Positions 30,625-39,574 are shown, numbered from the stretch's first letter. The stretch: DNA of 64,000 bases from Desulfurococcaceae archaeon (GCA_038816475.1 JAWBAI010000001.1:64001-128000); one strand, 5' to 3'. Numbers and translations are program-made. Notes: generated by a model not told the origin, from the sequence alone.

Positions 30625-31833
30625 TTAACGAAGGATTCTCCTAACCAGGTGTTTACACAAGTAGTATGCTAATATTAATGTTAAAACTAGTGTAAAACCT
30701 CCTACTGCATAATCAACTAAGCCTTTCTCTATAGGTTTACTAGGAGGAGGAAGCTTTTCTGGGACTTCTACCTGGTATCGCTGCTCTACTACTATACTAG
30801 GTAATTGGATCCATTCATTGTTACATAACTGAGGACTACTGGTGTAGTATACGAATCCATCACCCAAAGCGCTTTTTACTATGTAGTAGTTAAGTTCTAA
30901 GGATGCGTTCACCACATTATCTCTGAGTAAGCCTAACACTATGAAACACCTAGTGGGTGGATCCGCGGCTATTATTATCGTGTTATTTACGACTGAGACA
31001 GCTATGTTTACGCGATCAGCCGAGCTTTCAACGTAGCTTATGATTAGAGTAGCCTTATAGGTGACTTGTCGATTATCTACTGCTGTTATGAATATGTCAA
31101 AGGTTCTTCTAGTGATGATATTGTTGAAGAGGTCTGCGTAATTAAGATTCGGAATATCGAGTGTTACGTAGAGTATTGATAGTAATGTTCCCTTCTCGTC
31201 TCTCATATCGTTCACCTCGGTGTAGTGGATAGGTATTCGTGAAAGAGGTTCGTAGTACAGGTTTCTACTGTACGAGAAAACACCGTGTATGGTACTATAA
31301 ACGGTGAACTCGTCCTTTACTTGTACTATATCAATACCCCCGTATCTTGTTACAGCAACAACTACACCGCTTCCATTTATAGGCTCTAACTCGCCTGCTC
31401 CACGCTTCAACCTTAAAACTAGAGAGAAGAAACTAGCGTTAACCGTGGAGACTCCTTGCAGAATATTCTTGGTAGCTTCAGCTAAGCAGAACGGATTGGA
31501 TATCAGTACTTCGGTGGAGTTGAAATCGAACTTTACAGCATTAATGTTAGTAACACCAATCCTAGCATCGAATTCAACGTGAAGTTCTACTGTGTACTTC
31601 AAGATGATGTGAGCTTCCCCGGGAGATGTTTCACACCACTCTGCTAAATCTCCAAAGACTTCACTAACGTAGTTTCCCGAGGTGCTTAAAACAAGTAAAC
31701 CGCTGTACTTCAGGTGTAATGGAAGCACCAGATCATCACTTGTAGTAAGAGCTTCGATGACTAGGGTAGGAGCTAGAAGTGCAAAAGTAACCAAGGTTAG
31801 TGTAACAAACTGTCTAAGACCCATTGTTCTCAC
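30625..31833 (-). CDS. Predicted secreted, C-terminally membrane-anchored surface protein (402 aa)
   Basis: N-terminal signal-like hydrophobic stretch, Pro-rich linker (EKLPPPSKP), C-terminal TM helix and basic tail. Confidence 0.75.
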   Translation of the reverse strand: MRTMGLRQFVTLTLVTFALLAPTLVIEALTTSDDLVLPLHLKYSGLLVLSTSGNYVSEVFGDLAEWCETSPGEAHIILKYTVELHVEFDARIGVTNINAVKFDFNSTEVLISNPFCLAEATKNILQGVSTVNASFFSLVLRLKRGAGELEPINGSGVVVAVTRYGGIDIVQVKDEFTVYSTIHGVFSYSRNLYYEPLSRIPIHYTEVNDMRDEKGTLLSILYVTLDIPNLNYADLFNNIITRRTFDIFITAVDNRQVTYKATLIISYVESSADRVNIAVSVVNNTIIIAADPPTRCFIVLGLLRDNVVNASLELNYYIVKSALGDGFVYYTSSPQLCNNEWIQLPSIVVEQRYQVEVPEKLPPPSKPIEKGLVDYAVGGFTLVLTLILAYYLCKHLVRRILR

Positions 31834-31926
31834 GACTAATTTTTAGTCCTAAAGTAGTTCTTAAGTTTAAAATCTTGAAAAACATGTATTACTTCCCAAG
31901 GTAAAAGCAAATCTTGGTAGTTCGTT

Positions 31927-32280
31927 GTGGAGGAGTTAAGAATTAAACATACAAGTCAAGTTATATACGCTGTATTACCTGATGGCTCAAAAGCCTACGT
32001 AAAGTATAGTGTAGAGAACAATGTTATGAAGCTATTGGAAACCTATGTTCCTCAGCAGTACAGAGGCAGAGGGTTAGCTAAGCAACTGGTAGAGTACGCG
32101 ATTGAAATGGCAAAGAGCAGTGGGCTTGTCATCGAGCCTGTGTGTAGCTATGCGATCTACTACTTCATGAAAAACCCCGAGAAAAGGCATATTTTGCATG
32201 AAGCATTCAGTATGCTGAACGACGAAGAATGGCAAAAACTTTACGAGGAAGCGCGAAAGAGGGAAGCGATGAAGGGGTAA
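31927..32280 (+). CDS. GNAT N-acetyltransferase (YjdJ-like)
   Basis: ETYVPQQYRGRGLAKQLV..A and EPVCSY motifs. Confidence 0.88.
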   Translation: MEELRIKHTSQVIYAVLPDGSKAYVKYSVENNVMKLLETYVPQQYRGRGLAKQLVEYAIEMAKSSGLVIEPVCSYAIYYFMKNPEKRHILHEAFSMLNDEEWQKLYEEARKREAMKG

Positions 32281-32282
32281 CG

Positions 32283-32555
32283 TTGAACGTCAAGGTTAAG
32301 TACTACTTGTGGCTTACATCGAAGACCGGTGTTACAGAGGACGTGTACGTTCTACCAGATAACGCCTCAATAAAGGATCTGCTAAGGGAAATTGCAAAAA
32401 CAAGGCGGGAACTCGGAGATCTCATCGAAAAAGTTCTAGGTGGGAAAAGCGAACTCGTGATACTGTTAAATTCTAAGCATCCGCACAAGGGTCTGGAAAC
32501 TCCTCTCCATGACAACGATGTAGTTGAACTACTACCTCCTGTTTCAGGAGGCTGA
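32283..32555 (+). CDS. MoaD/ThiS/Urm1-like ubiquitin-fold sulfur carrier
   Basis: Beta-grasp pattern ending ILLN...LHDNDVVELLPPVSGG. TTG start after an AGGGGT RBS is preferred over ORF-track 32229. Confidence 0.88.
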   Translation: MNVKVKYYLWLTSKTGVTEDVYVLPDNASIKDLLREIAKTRRELGDLIEKVLGGKSELVILLNSKHPHKGLETPLHDNDVVELLPPVSGG

Positions 32556-32595
32556 ATTGATTTTAAACCCCTACGACTAATAGTTTTAAAGAGAA

Positions 32596-32696
32596 GCCGC
32601 CGTAGCTCAGCCCGGTAGAGCGCCGGCCTTGTAAGCTTGGGTCTTTAGGCCCGTTAAGATAGCCGGTGGACGCGGGTTCAAATCCCGCCGGCGGCT
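32596..32696 (+). tRNA. tRNA-Thr(UGU) with 27-nt intron at 37/38 (32634-32660)
   Basis: Acceptor GCCGCCG/CGGCGGC, anticodon arm CCGGC-CT-TGT-A[intron]A-GCCGG, T-loop GTTCAAAT. BHB central helix CTTG/TAAG with two 3-nt bulges. CCA not encoded. Confidence 0.95.
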
Positions 32697-33868
32697 TTGC
32701 TCTGATCGGTGACTTCTTCGTTGCTCAATTTGATGTTTTCGGTGGAACCTTGTTTTTTCTTCAGCTTTCTAACTGCGTACTTGTAGACAGTAACTGGGTT
32801 TCTTCCACCTGGGCATTGATCGCTTATAGGGCATAATCCAGATGCTTTGAGATTACTGCATCCATAAGGCATGTACCTTTTCCTACTACCACGCATTCCG
32901 AGAATGTGCTCTATCTGGTATCGTGCGATCTTTTCATCGTAATCAGCGGTTTTCCTGAAGTACTCTAGTATTTCGTCTACGGTTAACCCTACCTGACCGA
33001 GGAAAGCAGCTAGTGTAAATCTTTCGAGGTGACTTGGGTTGCTTCCAGTATTTATAGTGTCTATTATTCTTCTGATGCAGGGCGGAAATAGAGATTCTAC
33101 AACTTTTTCCTCGGTTTCAGTAGGGGGTTCTACAGCTGTTGTAGTCTCGGTGTATTCTGGCTTCTTGACTGTTCTGTAGTACTCCTCGAGAACTTTCTCT
33201 TTTACAGTGTTCAAGATCGCGTTAACCTTGTCGGATCGAACTTGTGGTGTGTTTTCCGTGAGCTGAAGTACGTAGTAATATATGTACTCTTCCAACACGC
33301 GCTGATATGTTTGTTTATCAAGGTACACGTGCCCATTTGAGACAATGGTGTTTGTCAATGAGTATGAAGCATCATGCATTAACCTCTTTGCCACTATCTT
33401 AACGTACTCTTCTACTGGAAGAATAAACTTGAGTGGTCTAAACTCGAGCACCTCCTTATCGCCAAGCTTCACGATGCGTGGTATTTTAGGTGGAAAACGT
33501 TCATAGGATACTCTTAGTCCTATCTTAACTCCGAGCATTAGTAGAACTTCCTCATCTTCGTTCTCAAAGAAGCTAGCTGCCGACTTAGCAAACGCTAACG
33601 ATAAACGATTGCTGATCCTCTTATCACCCAGTAACTTTACGAGTTCGAGGAGAGCATGGTAGAGAAGAACGCTCTCCTCGTAGTCTCTGAATACACTAAA
33701 GTCTACTCTACTTTTCTTTACAATGGTGCTTAAAACTTCGATGAGCTTTTCAGCTAAGTGCGAACTACTAGCAACAGCTACGAGGGGGTTTTCTACGAAT
33801 AAGTGTGGAAAATCGCTAGGTACTGCTGCAAAGGGGTACTTTCTGTAGTGATCAAGACTCCACAACAT
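32678..33868 (-). CDS. priL: DNA primase large subunit
   Basis: N-terminal KYPF; C-terminal Fe-S domain FPPCI...HLERF...YQIEHI.G..GS.K.Y.P..C..LK..GLC...C. Confidence 0.92.
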   Translation of the reverse strand: MLWSLDHYRKYPFAAVPSDFPHLFVENPLVAVASSSHLAEKLIEVLSTIVKKSRVDFSVFRDYEESVLLYHALLELVKLLGDKRISNRLSLAFAKSAASFFENEDEEVLLMLGVKIGLRVSYERFPPKIPRIVKLGDKEVLEFRPLKFILPVEEYVKIVAKRLMHDASYSLTNTIVSNGHVYLDKQTYQRVLEEYIYYYVLQLTENTPQVRSDKVNAILNTVKEKVLEEYYRTVKKPEYTETTTAVEPPTETEEKVVESLFPPCIRRIIDTINTGSNPSHLERFTLAAFLGQVGLTVDEILEYFRKTADYDEKIARYQIEHILGMRGSRKRYMPYGCSNLKASGLCPISDQCPGGRNPVTVYKYAVRKLKKKQGSTENIKLSNEEVTDQSKAAGGI

Positions 33869-33878
33869 ACGCAGAGAC

Positions 33879-33934
33879 CCTTCAGCGTGATTCGGGCTTA
33901 CTCACCGATCGTCCGATGGCGTATTCATCAACGG
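33879..33934 (-). ncRNA. Candidate box C/D sRNA (downstream member of pair)
   Basis: Minus strand TTGATGA-ATACGCCATCGG-ACGA-TCG-GTGAGTA-AGCCCGAATCACG-CTGA: C box, 12-nt guide, degenerate D'/C', 13-nt guide, perfect D; 50-nt core. Confidence 0.65.
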
Positions 33935-33950
33935 TTACTACTTAAGCTCA

Positions 33951-34013
33951 GGGTCAGCGCTTTGGCCCCACATCACAAATCAGAGTTCCTTCGAGGTCCC
34001 CCCACATCATCCG
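33951..34013 (-). ncRNA. Candidate box C/D sRNA (putative guide for tRNA-Gln(UUG) U34)
   Basis: Minus strand ATGATGT-GGGGGGACCTCGAAGGAACT-CTGA-TTT-GTGATGT-GGGGCCAAAGCG-CTGA; TATA (TTTATAAG, 34036-34043) at the expected distance. Confidence 0.8.
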
Positions 34014-34077
34014 AGTATGCTATGAGCCTGCTTCCCTTATAAACACGCAATCGTAGTACTTGGCTTCGTTTTCTACT

Positions 34078-34602
34078 CTAGTAGAGCTCGAACTCTATTC
34101 TCTCGTATCCTCTTAGGAAAGTACCGGTTTTAACACAGAAGCTCAGAATTCTTCCCCTATTCAGAAGCGAATAGGGGACATCGAGGTCAGCTCTGATTAC
34201 CCTTGCTCTGGATGGGAAAAACCAGTAGACTCTGTAATCATATTCTGTGGTTTCAGGTTCGTATCTATCTTCGTACACGTTTAACCCCTTACGGAGCACG
34301 CCTTGGAATACTATGAAGAAAGCTATGTAGGGGTGTTTGTAGTCTCCGCGGAAGCTGATCTCGACATCTACAACCTTGGGATACGTGGGCTCGTTGTTTA
34401 GCCTGACATCCTCCTGGTCTAGGAAGTGCTGCATGTTAGTAGCTAACATGCTCTTTTCATTCTCCAGCTTTTCTGGGTCTTTGACAATACTTTTGTATTC
34501 TTCGAGCTCATCGTAGTAATCGAAAATAACCACTTGTTCGACCAGGCCTGTATCTCTGACGAAGAACAGCCCTAAACCATAAACAGGCTTCAAACTTATC
34601 AC
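34078..34602 (-). CDS. Hypothetical protein (174 aa)
   Basis: 4-nt overlap with the upstream membrane HTH gene; no motif recognised. Confidence 0.75.
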   Translation of the reverse strand: MISLKPVYGLGLFFVRDTGLVEQVVIFDYYDELEEYKSIVKDPEKLENEKSMLATNMQHFLDQEDVRLNNEPTYPKVVDVEISFRGDYKHPYIAFFIVFQGVLRKGLNVYEDRYEPETTEYDYRVYWFFPSRARVIRADLDVPYSLLNRGRILSFCVKTGTFLRGYERIEFELY

Positions 34603-35624
34603 CTCTTGCTTGACTCTTCACTCACTATTCTCCTGTACATACTTAGTCCTTTTGGTGTTAGTAGAACATAGTTGTACTTGCCCAAAGTTTTCACTTCGAC
34701 CAAGCCTTCGTTTTGTAAACGACGTATTTTACGGCTAACACTGGATTTCGGTAACCCTGTTCTTCTTGCTAGATCCGACTGAGTGAGACCTTGTTCACCA
34801 GCTTCGCCAAGGGCTTTTATTATGAGCCTTAAAGCGGGATCCTTGTGTGGTTCTATGTATTCAAGAAATAAGCGTGTTCTTTTGAAACGTAAGACATAAA
34901 ATAGAGCTACTGCAACTGCTATCGTGGTAGCGGCGGATACTGCAATTATCAAAGCAGGTTGATTGTATTGAGCCTGAGTTGGTACAACCGGCGCGGTTTC
35001 TAGTGCAGGCTCTAGTTCTAACCTAAAGACTAGTTCTAGCCATGCAAATCCAGAGATCAACACCCTTGTGACATCGCCTTCGATGCTTGTACTTACATCG
35101 GCTTTTCCGTAGATCACAACTCTACTAACATCGTAGACACCTGCTATTATCAGCTCTACGGTTATATCAGAGGCGATATTCCGTAGGGTAGTAGTATCCA
35201 GCGATACCGTATACGTCATGGGGAGTTCTTCTTCGAAAAGATCCCTAACATGGAATAAGGCTTCGAACGTCCCTCTGCCGTTGATTAGGACTACTAGATA
35301 ACCTGTTTCATGGTTGAAATCAGACCCTAGTACTCGTAGTCCTGGTGAAGCAGTGTAGTTCAGGTACTCGAACCAACCTTTCTCGGTTACTATTAATGGA
35401 ACAGTTAAATTGTACACGTCTTCACCTGTATCAACGTAAAACCTGATGATCATTAAGCCCTCGTTACTCATGGGGTCGTAAAATACCACGTAGGTTATCT
35501 TATCCGTGATAACGCTTTGCGCGTTGGAACCTGTAATGTAAAGTGATAGAAGTAGTGTTGCAACTACAGCAATGATGAACCCAGCACAGCGTTTTTTCGC
35601 TGAGAAGCACATGTAAATACCCAT
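34599..35624 (-). CDS. Membrane-anchored transcriptional regulator (extracellular domain, TM helix, C-terminal wHTH)
   Basis: N-terminal signal-like segment, TM helix ALIIAVSAATTIAVAVALFYVL, then GLTQSDLARRTGLPKSSVSRKIRRLQNEGLV HTH. Confidence 0.8.
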   Translation of the reverse strand: MGIYMCFSAKKRCAGFIIAVVATLLLSLYITGSNAQSVITDKITYVVFYDPMSNEGLMIIRFYVDTGEDVYNLTVPLIVTEKGWFEYLNYTASPGLRVLGSDFNHETGYLVVLINGRGTFEALFHVRDLFEEELPMTYTVSLDTTTLRNIASDITVELIIAGVYDVSRVVIYGKADVSTSIEGDVTRVLISGFAWLELVFRLELEPALETAPVVPTQAQYNQPALIIAVSAATTIAVAVALFYVLRFKRTRLFLEYIEPHKDPALRLIIKALGEAGEQGLTQSDLARRTGLPKSSVSRKIRRLQNEGLVEVKTLGKYNYVLLTPKGLSMYRRIVSEESSKR

Positions 35625-35690
35625 ATAAGCAAACCTTCATTTCATTGTAATAGTAGTAAGGTTTTATTTAAACTACTGAAGGTTGAGAAG

Positions 35691-36329
35691 TTGTGGATGT
35701 ACAAGGAGCTATACAGCTGTCCTCTTGTTATTCACCTGTACAGGTTTGAGTACAAGGATTTAAAGGGTTGCACGGTTCTACCGGTGATGAACTATAGAGT
35801 GAGCATTCTCGTGGACCACGATGGAGGTATTCGCGTTGTATCGAACATACCCTTCGAATCTTGGAAAAAACGCGTAAAGAAAATATGCATGATGATACTA
35901 CAGGGCAGAATACACGAGCTGGATCGACTAGAGAAGGTAGAAGCTTTTGCTATGTTTTACGGAGGAATAGGTAGCTACGCATGGTCAGAGAATGAACTGT
36001 ACACTGTGTTGTTGGATTTTGTGAACCGAGCTAAGGTGTGTTTTTACATTCAACCGCGAGATTTTGCGGAAAACGTTCAGTGGCTGGATCTCAGGGATGT
36101 TGTACTGAGCCATTTAGCATTTAGAGAGGGGTTGATTAATCTACTTAAGCAAACATGCAAATCTATGGACATAGAAGGTTTCTTGTGCGGATTTGAGACG
36201 AGCCATGGTTATCTCTACGTGACAGGTAGACCCATTAAAGAGATTCACGGACTACTACGCATTGTTCCTGATAATGCTCCGTTAAGGCATGTTGTATCAT
36301 TCATGGAACTTACTGACCGGTTCCAGTAA
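35691..36329 (+). CDS. Hypothetical protein (212 aa)
   Basis: Divergent ORF with AT-rich TATA-like sequence upstream; no motif recognised. Confidence 0.7.
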   Translation: MWMYKELYSCPLVIHLYRFEYKDLKGCTVLPVMNYRVSILVDHDGGIRVVSNIPFESWKKRVKKICMMILQGRIHELDRLEKVEAFAMFYGGIGSYAWSENELYTVLLDFVNRAKVCFYIQPRDFAENVQWLDLRDVVLSHLAFREGLINLLKQTCKSMDIEGFLCGFETSHGYLYVTGRPIKEIHGLLRIVPDNAPLRHVVSFMELTDRFQ

Positions 36330-36852
36330 CACTGCAGACGATGTCTAGCGCTTTTTCGAGTGCTTCTACAGGGTCCAAGCCTTTGTTAAATATCATGTCG
36401 TAGATGAGAGCGTAGTGTTCTCTGACTTCAACGAGATAGTACTTGAGATCAGCCCATGGGGGATCAGAGGGAGAGCCTTTGCCTAATCCTGGGCACCTTG
36501 TTGATAGCTCTAGTACTGTCTCCTTAGTGGGTGACACCGGTATAAATGGGTAGAGACGACACCTCATAGGTCTTGCCGGGTAAATCGTGCATGTCGGTAA
36601 GCCATTAACGGTCTTCAGGAACACACACTTGTCGTTTACACCCTGTAGCACTAGTATAGGAATGTAGTCTGCTATGATGGCGTAAAAACCTCTTCCAATG
36701 AGCTCTCTCCAGTTCTTGTTTAGGAACCTGGCTATTCTACATGCATCGAAAATCGTTAAAGCTACATTGGGTCCACTACTACAGCATTTACCACACCGTA
36801 CACACATAAAATTTACTCTTTGACCCTGGTTGATGTACGGATTATTCAACAC
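36310..36852 (-). CDS. YkgJ-family CxxCxxCC cysteine-cluster protein
   Basis: CVRCGKCC, CVFL, CTIYPARPMRCRLYPF and CPGLG. Confidence 0.88.
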   Translation of the reverse strand: MLNNPYINQGQRVNFMCVRCGKCCSSGPNVALTIFDACRIARFLNKNWRELIGRGFYAIIADYIPILVLQGVNDKCVFLKTVNGLPTCTIYPARPMRCRLYPFIPVSPTKETVLELSTRCPGLGKGSPSDPPWADLKYYLVEVREHYALIYDMIFNKGLDPVEALEKALDIVCSVTGTGQ

Positions 36853-37007
36853 CCATCACTTCGACTCCACGCTGATGATTCTTTTGAAAATTACTCACAA
36901 GCGATATCACTTAGAGTTTGTCTTGTACAGTGATTTATAGCTTACTATAAAAATGAGTTGCTCAAAGAAATATACAGTTTAATTGCAGAAAGCACTTAAC
37001 TGGTGGT

Positions 37008-37832
37008 TTGTTGCGAATCGATATGGTCTACGATGCGAGCGACTACAAGTACATAGGTTCTGATAAGGTGTCCTCCATAGGCTTAGGAACCTACGGTATT
37101 AGATCTTACAGTCAAGCTCTGAAAGCAATGATCTACGCGATTACGCAGGGTATAAACCTGATCGATACAGCTGAGATGTACGATGGTGGAAGAGCTGAAG
37201 AGCTTGTAGGTAGAGTAATCAAGGAGGTGGGAAGGGACAGCGTCTTCATAACAACAAAAATGCTCCCGGAGAGGCTCAACGACCCAGAGAAGATAATTAG
37301 AGCTGCAGAGGGTTCTCTAAGAAGATTAGGTGTTAAATATGTAGATCTTTTCCTAATACACTGGCCTAGTGGGAATCTGAGCATAGAAAAGCAGGTACAG
37401 AACTTTGAGTTGGTTGCTGAAAGGGGTTTCACAAGATACATCGGTGTAAGCAACTTCGATGCATCAGAGCTCCAAATAGCAATGCATTCGACTAGGAAGC
37501 ACGAGATAGTTGCAAACCAGGTTCACTACAGTGTTATAAACAGGCATCGCGTTGAAAAAGAGCTTCTTCCACTCTGCATACAGTACAGAGTTACTATTCA
37601 AGCTTATACTCCGCTGGAGAGGGGAGCAGTAGCGTATAATCCCGTTGTTGTCTCAGTAGCAAGTAAGTATGGTAAAACGCCTATTCAGGCTGCGTTGAAC
37701 TACCTAATAAGCCATAAGAACGTAGTTGCAATACCAAAATCTGAGCGGGTGGAGCATGTGAAAGAGATACTGGGCTCCACGGGTTGGAGACTTGGGCTTG
37801 AAGACCTGGAGTACATTAAGATGCACGCTTAG
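37008..37832 (+). CDS. Aldo/keto reductase
   Basis: IGLGT, DTAEMY, ITTK, LIHWP, IGVSNF, NQV, AYTPL and IPKS motifs. Confidence 0.93.
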   Translation: MLRIDMVYDASDYKYIGSDKVSSIGLGTYGIRSYSQALKAMIYAITQGINLIDTAEMYDGGRAEELVGRVIKEVGRDSVFITTKMLPERLNDPEKIIRAAEGSLRRLGVKYVDLFLIHWPSGNLSIEKQVQNFELVAERGFTRYIGVSNFDASELQIAMHSTRKHEIVANQVHYSVINRHRVEKELLPLCIQYRVTIQAYTPLERGAVAYNPVVVSVASKYGKTPIQAALNYLISHKNVVAIPKSERVEHVKEILGSTGWRLGLEDLEYIKMHA

Positions 37833-38947
37833 TAGGCATTACCGAGCAGGAAAACGTTTTCTATCCAGACGTTTTTAAGTCCGTTCTCTCTCGCGATCTT
37901 CAATGCTTTTTCAGCGTGATTCCAGCTCGTTGTAGGTAGGTCTATCAGCATGTAATCTGGGTGGAATCCAAGGAGTATGTACGGAATCTCAGGATTTATG
38001 CTTGCTATGTACCTCGTTATTTGATCCACCTCGTATTCATCAACGTAACCTGGTACTAGAAGCGTTGAAACAACGAGTATAGGGGGTTCTTGCCTGGCCT
38101 TTGTGTACTTTGCAACTAACTTGATGTTATCCCTGATAATTCTCACGTGTTTTTCCTCAATACCGCATAGAACACTGTAAACCTCTGGACTCCAAGCTTT
38201 AAAGTCTATTTTGACTATGCCACCTGTTACTAGGCTAAGCTCGGCAGCCTTCTCCAGTAGTATAGGGTTCCACAAGCCGTTTGTTTCCCAGCATACTCTA
38301 AAAACGCGTAAACCAATACTCTTAGCGCGTTCAATCATCATCCTGGAGGAGATTATAGCATGGGGAGCGAAAGGACCCGGATCTCCGCCAAAGTAGCATA
38401 CACACGTGGTTCTCTGGTTAACAGCTGATACGAGGTCGCTTATTGAGAGAACAGGCTTTGCTTTGTAAGCCATTTCTCTATACTCCCAATTTTGGCAGTA
38501 AAGGCAGTCCAAGTTGCATCCACCATAGAAAACGGCTATGTTGTAGTATCCTCTTTCCCCCCTGGGGTGGAGCGCGTAATGAGGATATCCGAGCCCCGTG
38601 GCAGCTGGACATACAGGAAGTGCAACGCAGTTGGTTGGATGTGGATCGTAGTAGTACATGCCTACAGCTCTGTCTGGTGCTAGCGTGGAAACAGAAATTT
38701 TTCCTTCACGATTGACTCTGTAACCGCAGAAACCACGTGAATTTATAGGTATTGTGCACTCTCTGCCGCAAACCTTACACTTATAGCCATCTTCAATGAT
38801 GAACTCTACGGGAAGCTTAAACCTTGATCGAGACTCCATATGCGGATCTCTATGCGGTTTTAGACCTCTTCGCACGCAGGAAACACATAAACCCACAATG
38901 TCGCTCACTGTAGTACTACGAATATTACAGCTCCTGCATGTACCCAT
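37829..38947 (-). CDS. Radical SAM protein (PFL-activating-enzyme-like/AmmeMemoRadiSam-related)
   Basis: GCNLDCLYCQNW (CxxxCxxC), extra N-terminal Cys clusters, GGDP, ETNG, STLLVPGY and FHP. Confidence 0.88.
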   Translation of the reverse strand: MGTCRSCNIRSTTVSDIVGLCVSCVRRGLKPHRDPHMESRSRFKLPVEFIIEDGYKCKVCGRECTIPINSRGFCGYRVNREGKISVSTLAPDRAVGMYYYDPHPTNCVALPVCPAATGLGYPHYALHPRGERGYYNIAVFYGGCNLDCLYCQNWEYREMAYKAKPVLSISDLVSAVNQRTTCVCYFGGDPGPFAPHAIISSRMMIERAKSIGLRVFRVCWETNGLWNPILLEKAAELSLVTGGIVKIDFKAWSPEVYSVLCGIEEKHVRIIRDNIKLVAKYTKARQEPPILVVSTLLVPGYVDEYEVDQITRYIASINPEIPYILLGFHPDYMLIDLPTTSWNHAEKALKIARENGLKNVWIENVFLLGNAY

Positions 38948-39031
38948 TACTACACCGACTTACTGTTTCTCATATCACCCTAATTTGAGAATCGAATAGT
39001 GTAACTTATTAATAGGGTTTATACCTATTCA

Positions 39032-39574
39032 TTGTTCATGGTGCTGAACTTGGGGAATAATTCGCTGAGAAATCCGAAGACCATTGCTATCTTAAAAGAA
39101 CTTGCTAGAAATCCACGTGTAAGCATAAGATTCTTATCACTGAAACTAGGCATAAACTACTTAACAGCTAGACATAGAGTACTTTCGTTACTAAGAAAGA
39201 ACAAGATATCTTTTGGTTTACTGGTTTCAGCTGATATAGTAGGTAGGGAAGTTGCACTTGTACGTATTAAAACAGATAACCCGGATTACCTAAGCGCGGC
39301 GCTCTCAAGCTGTGCTAGGGTTCTACTAACCATAAGAACAGGTAATGATGAAGTCCTAGTTATCATGAGAGGTCGTAGTAAGCATGAAATATCCTTCATA
39401 GTGGAGTCCTTGAGGAAAAATCTTGGAGAAAGCATAAGAGAATTCTCCATAGACTATGGTGCTTTACATCAAGATGCACTTGTGATTTACAAAAGCAATC
39501 ACGTTATTGACAACAATGGAGAACTGGATTGCGACCCCGAGCACATGTGCGAGAACTGCATAAGATTAGCATAG
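39032..39574 (+). CDS. Lrp/AsnC-family transcriptional regulator with C-terminal Cys cluster
   Basis: ILKELARNPRVSIRFLSLKLGINYLTARHRV HTH; C-terminal CDPEHMCENC. Confidence 0.75.
   Translation: MFMVLNLGNNSLRNPKTIAILKELARNPRVSIRFLSLKLGINYLTARHRVLSLLRKNKISFGLLVSADIVGREVALVRIKTDNPDYLSAALSSCARVLLTIRTGNDEVLVIMRGRSKHEISFIVESLRKNLGESIREFSIDYGALHQDALVIYKSNHVIDNNGELDCDPEHMCENCIRLA

Noticed and set aside
33803-34042. Plus-strand 79-aa ORF upstream of priL
   Set aside because: Antisense to the two C/D sRNA candidates and the priL start; no protein features.
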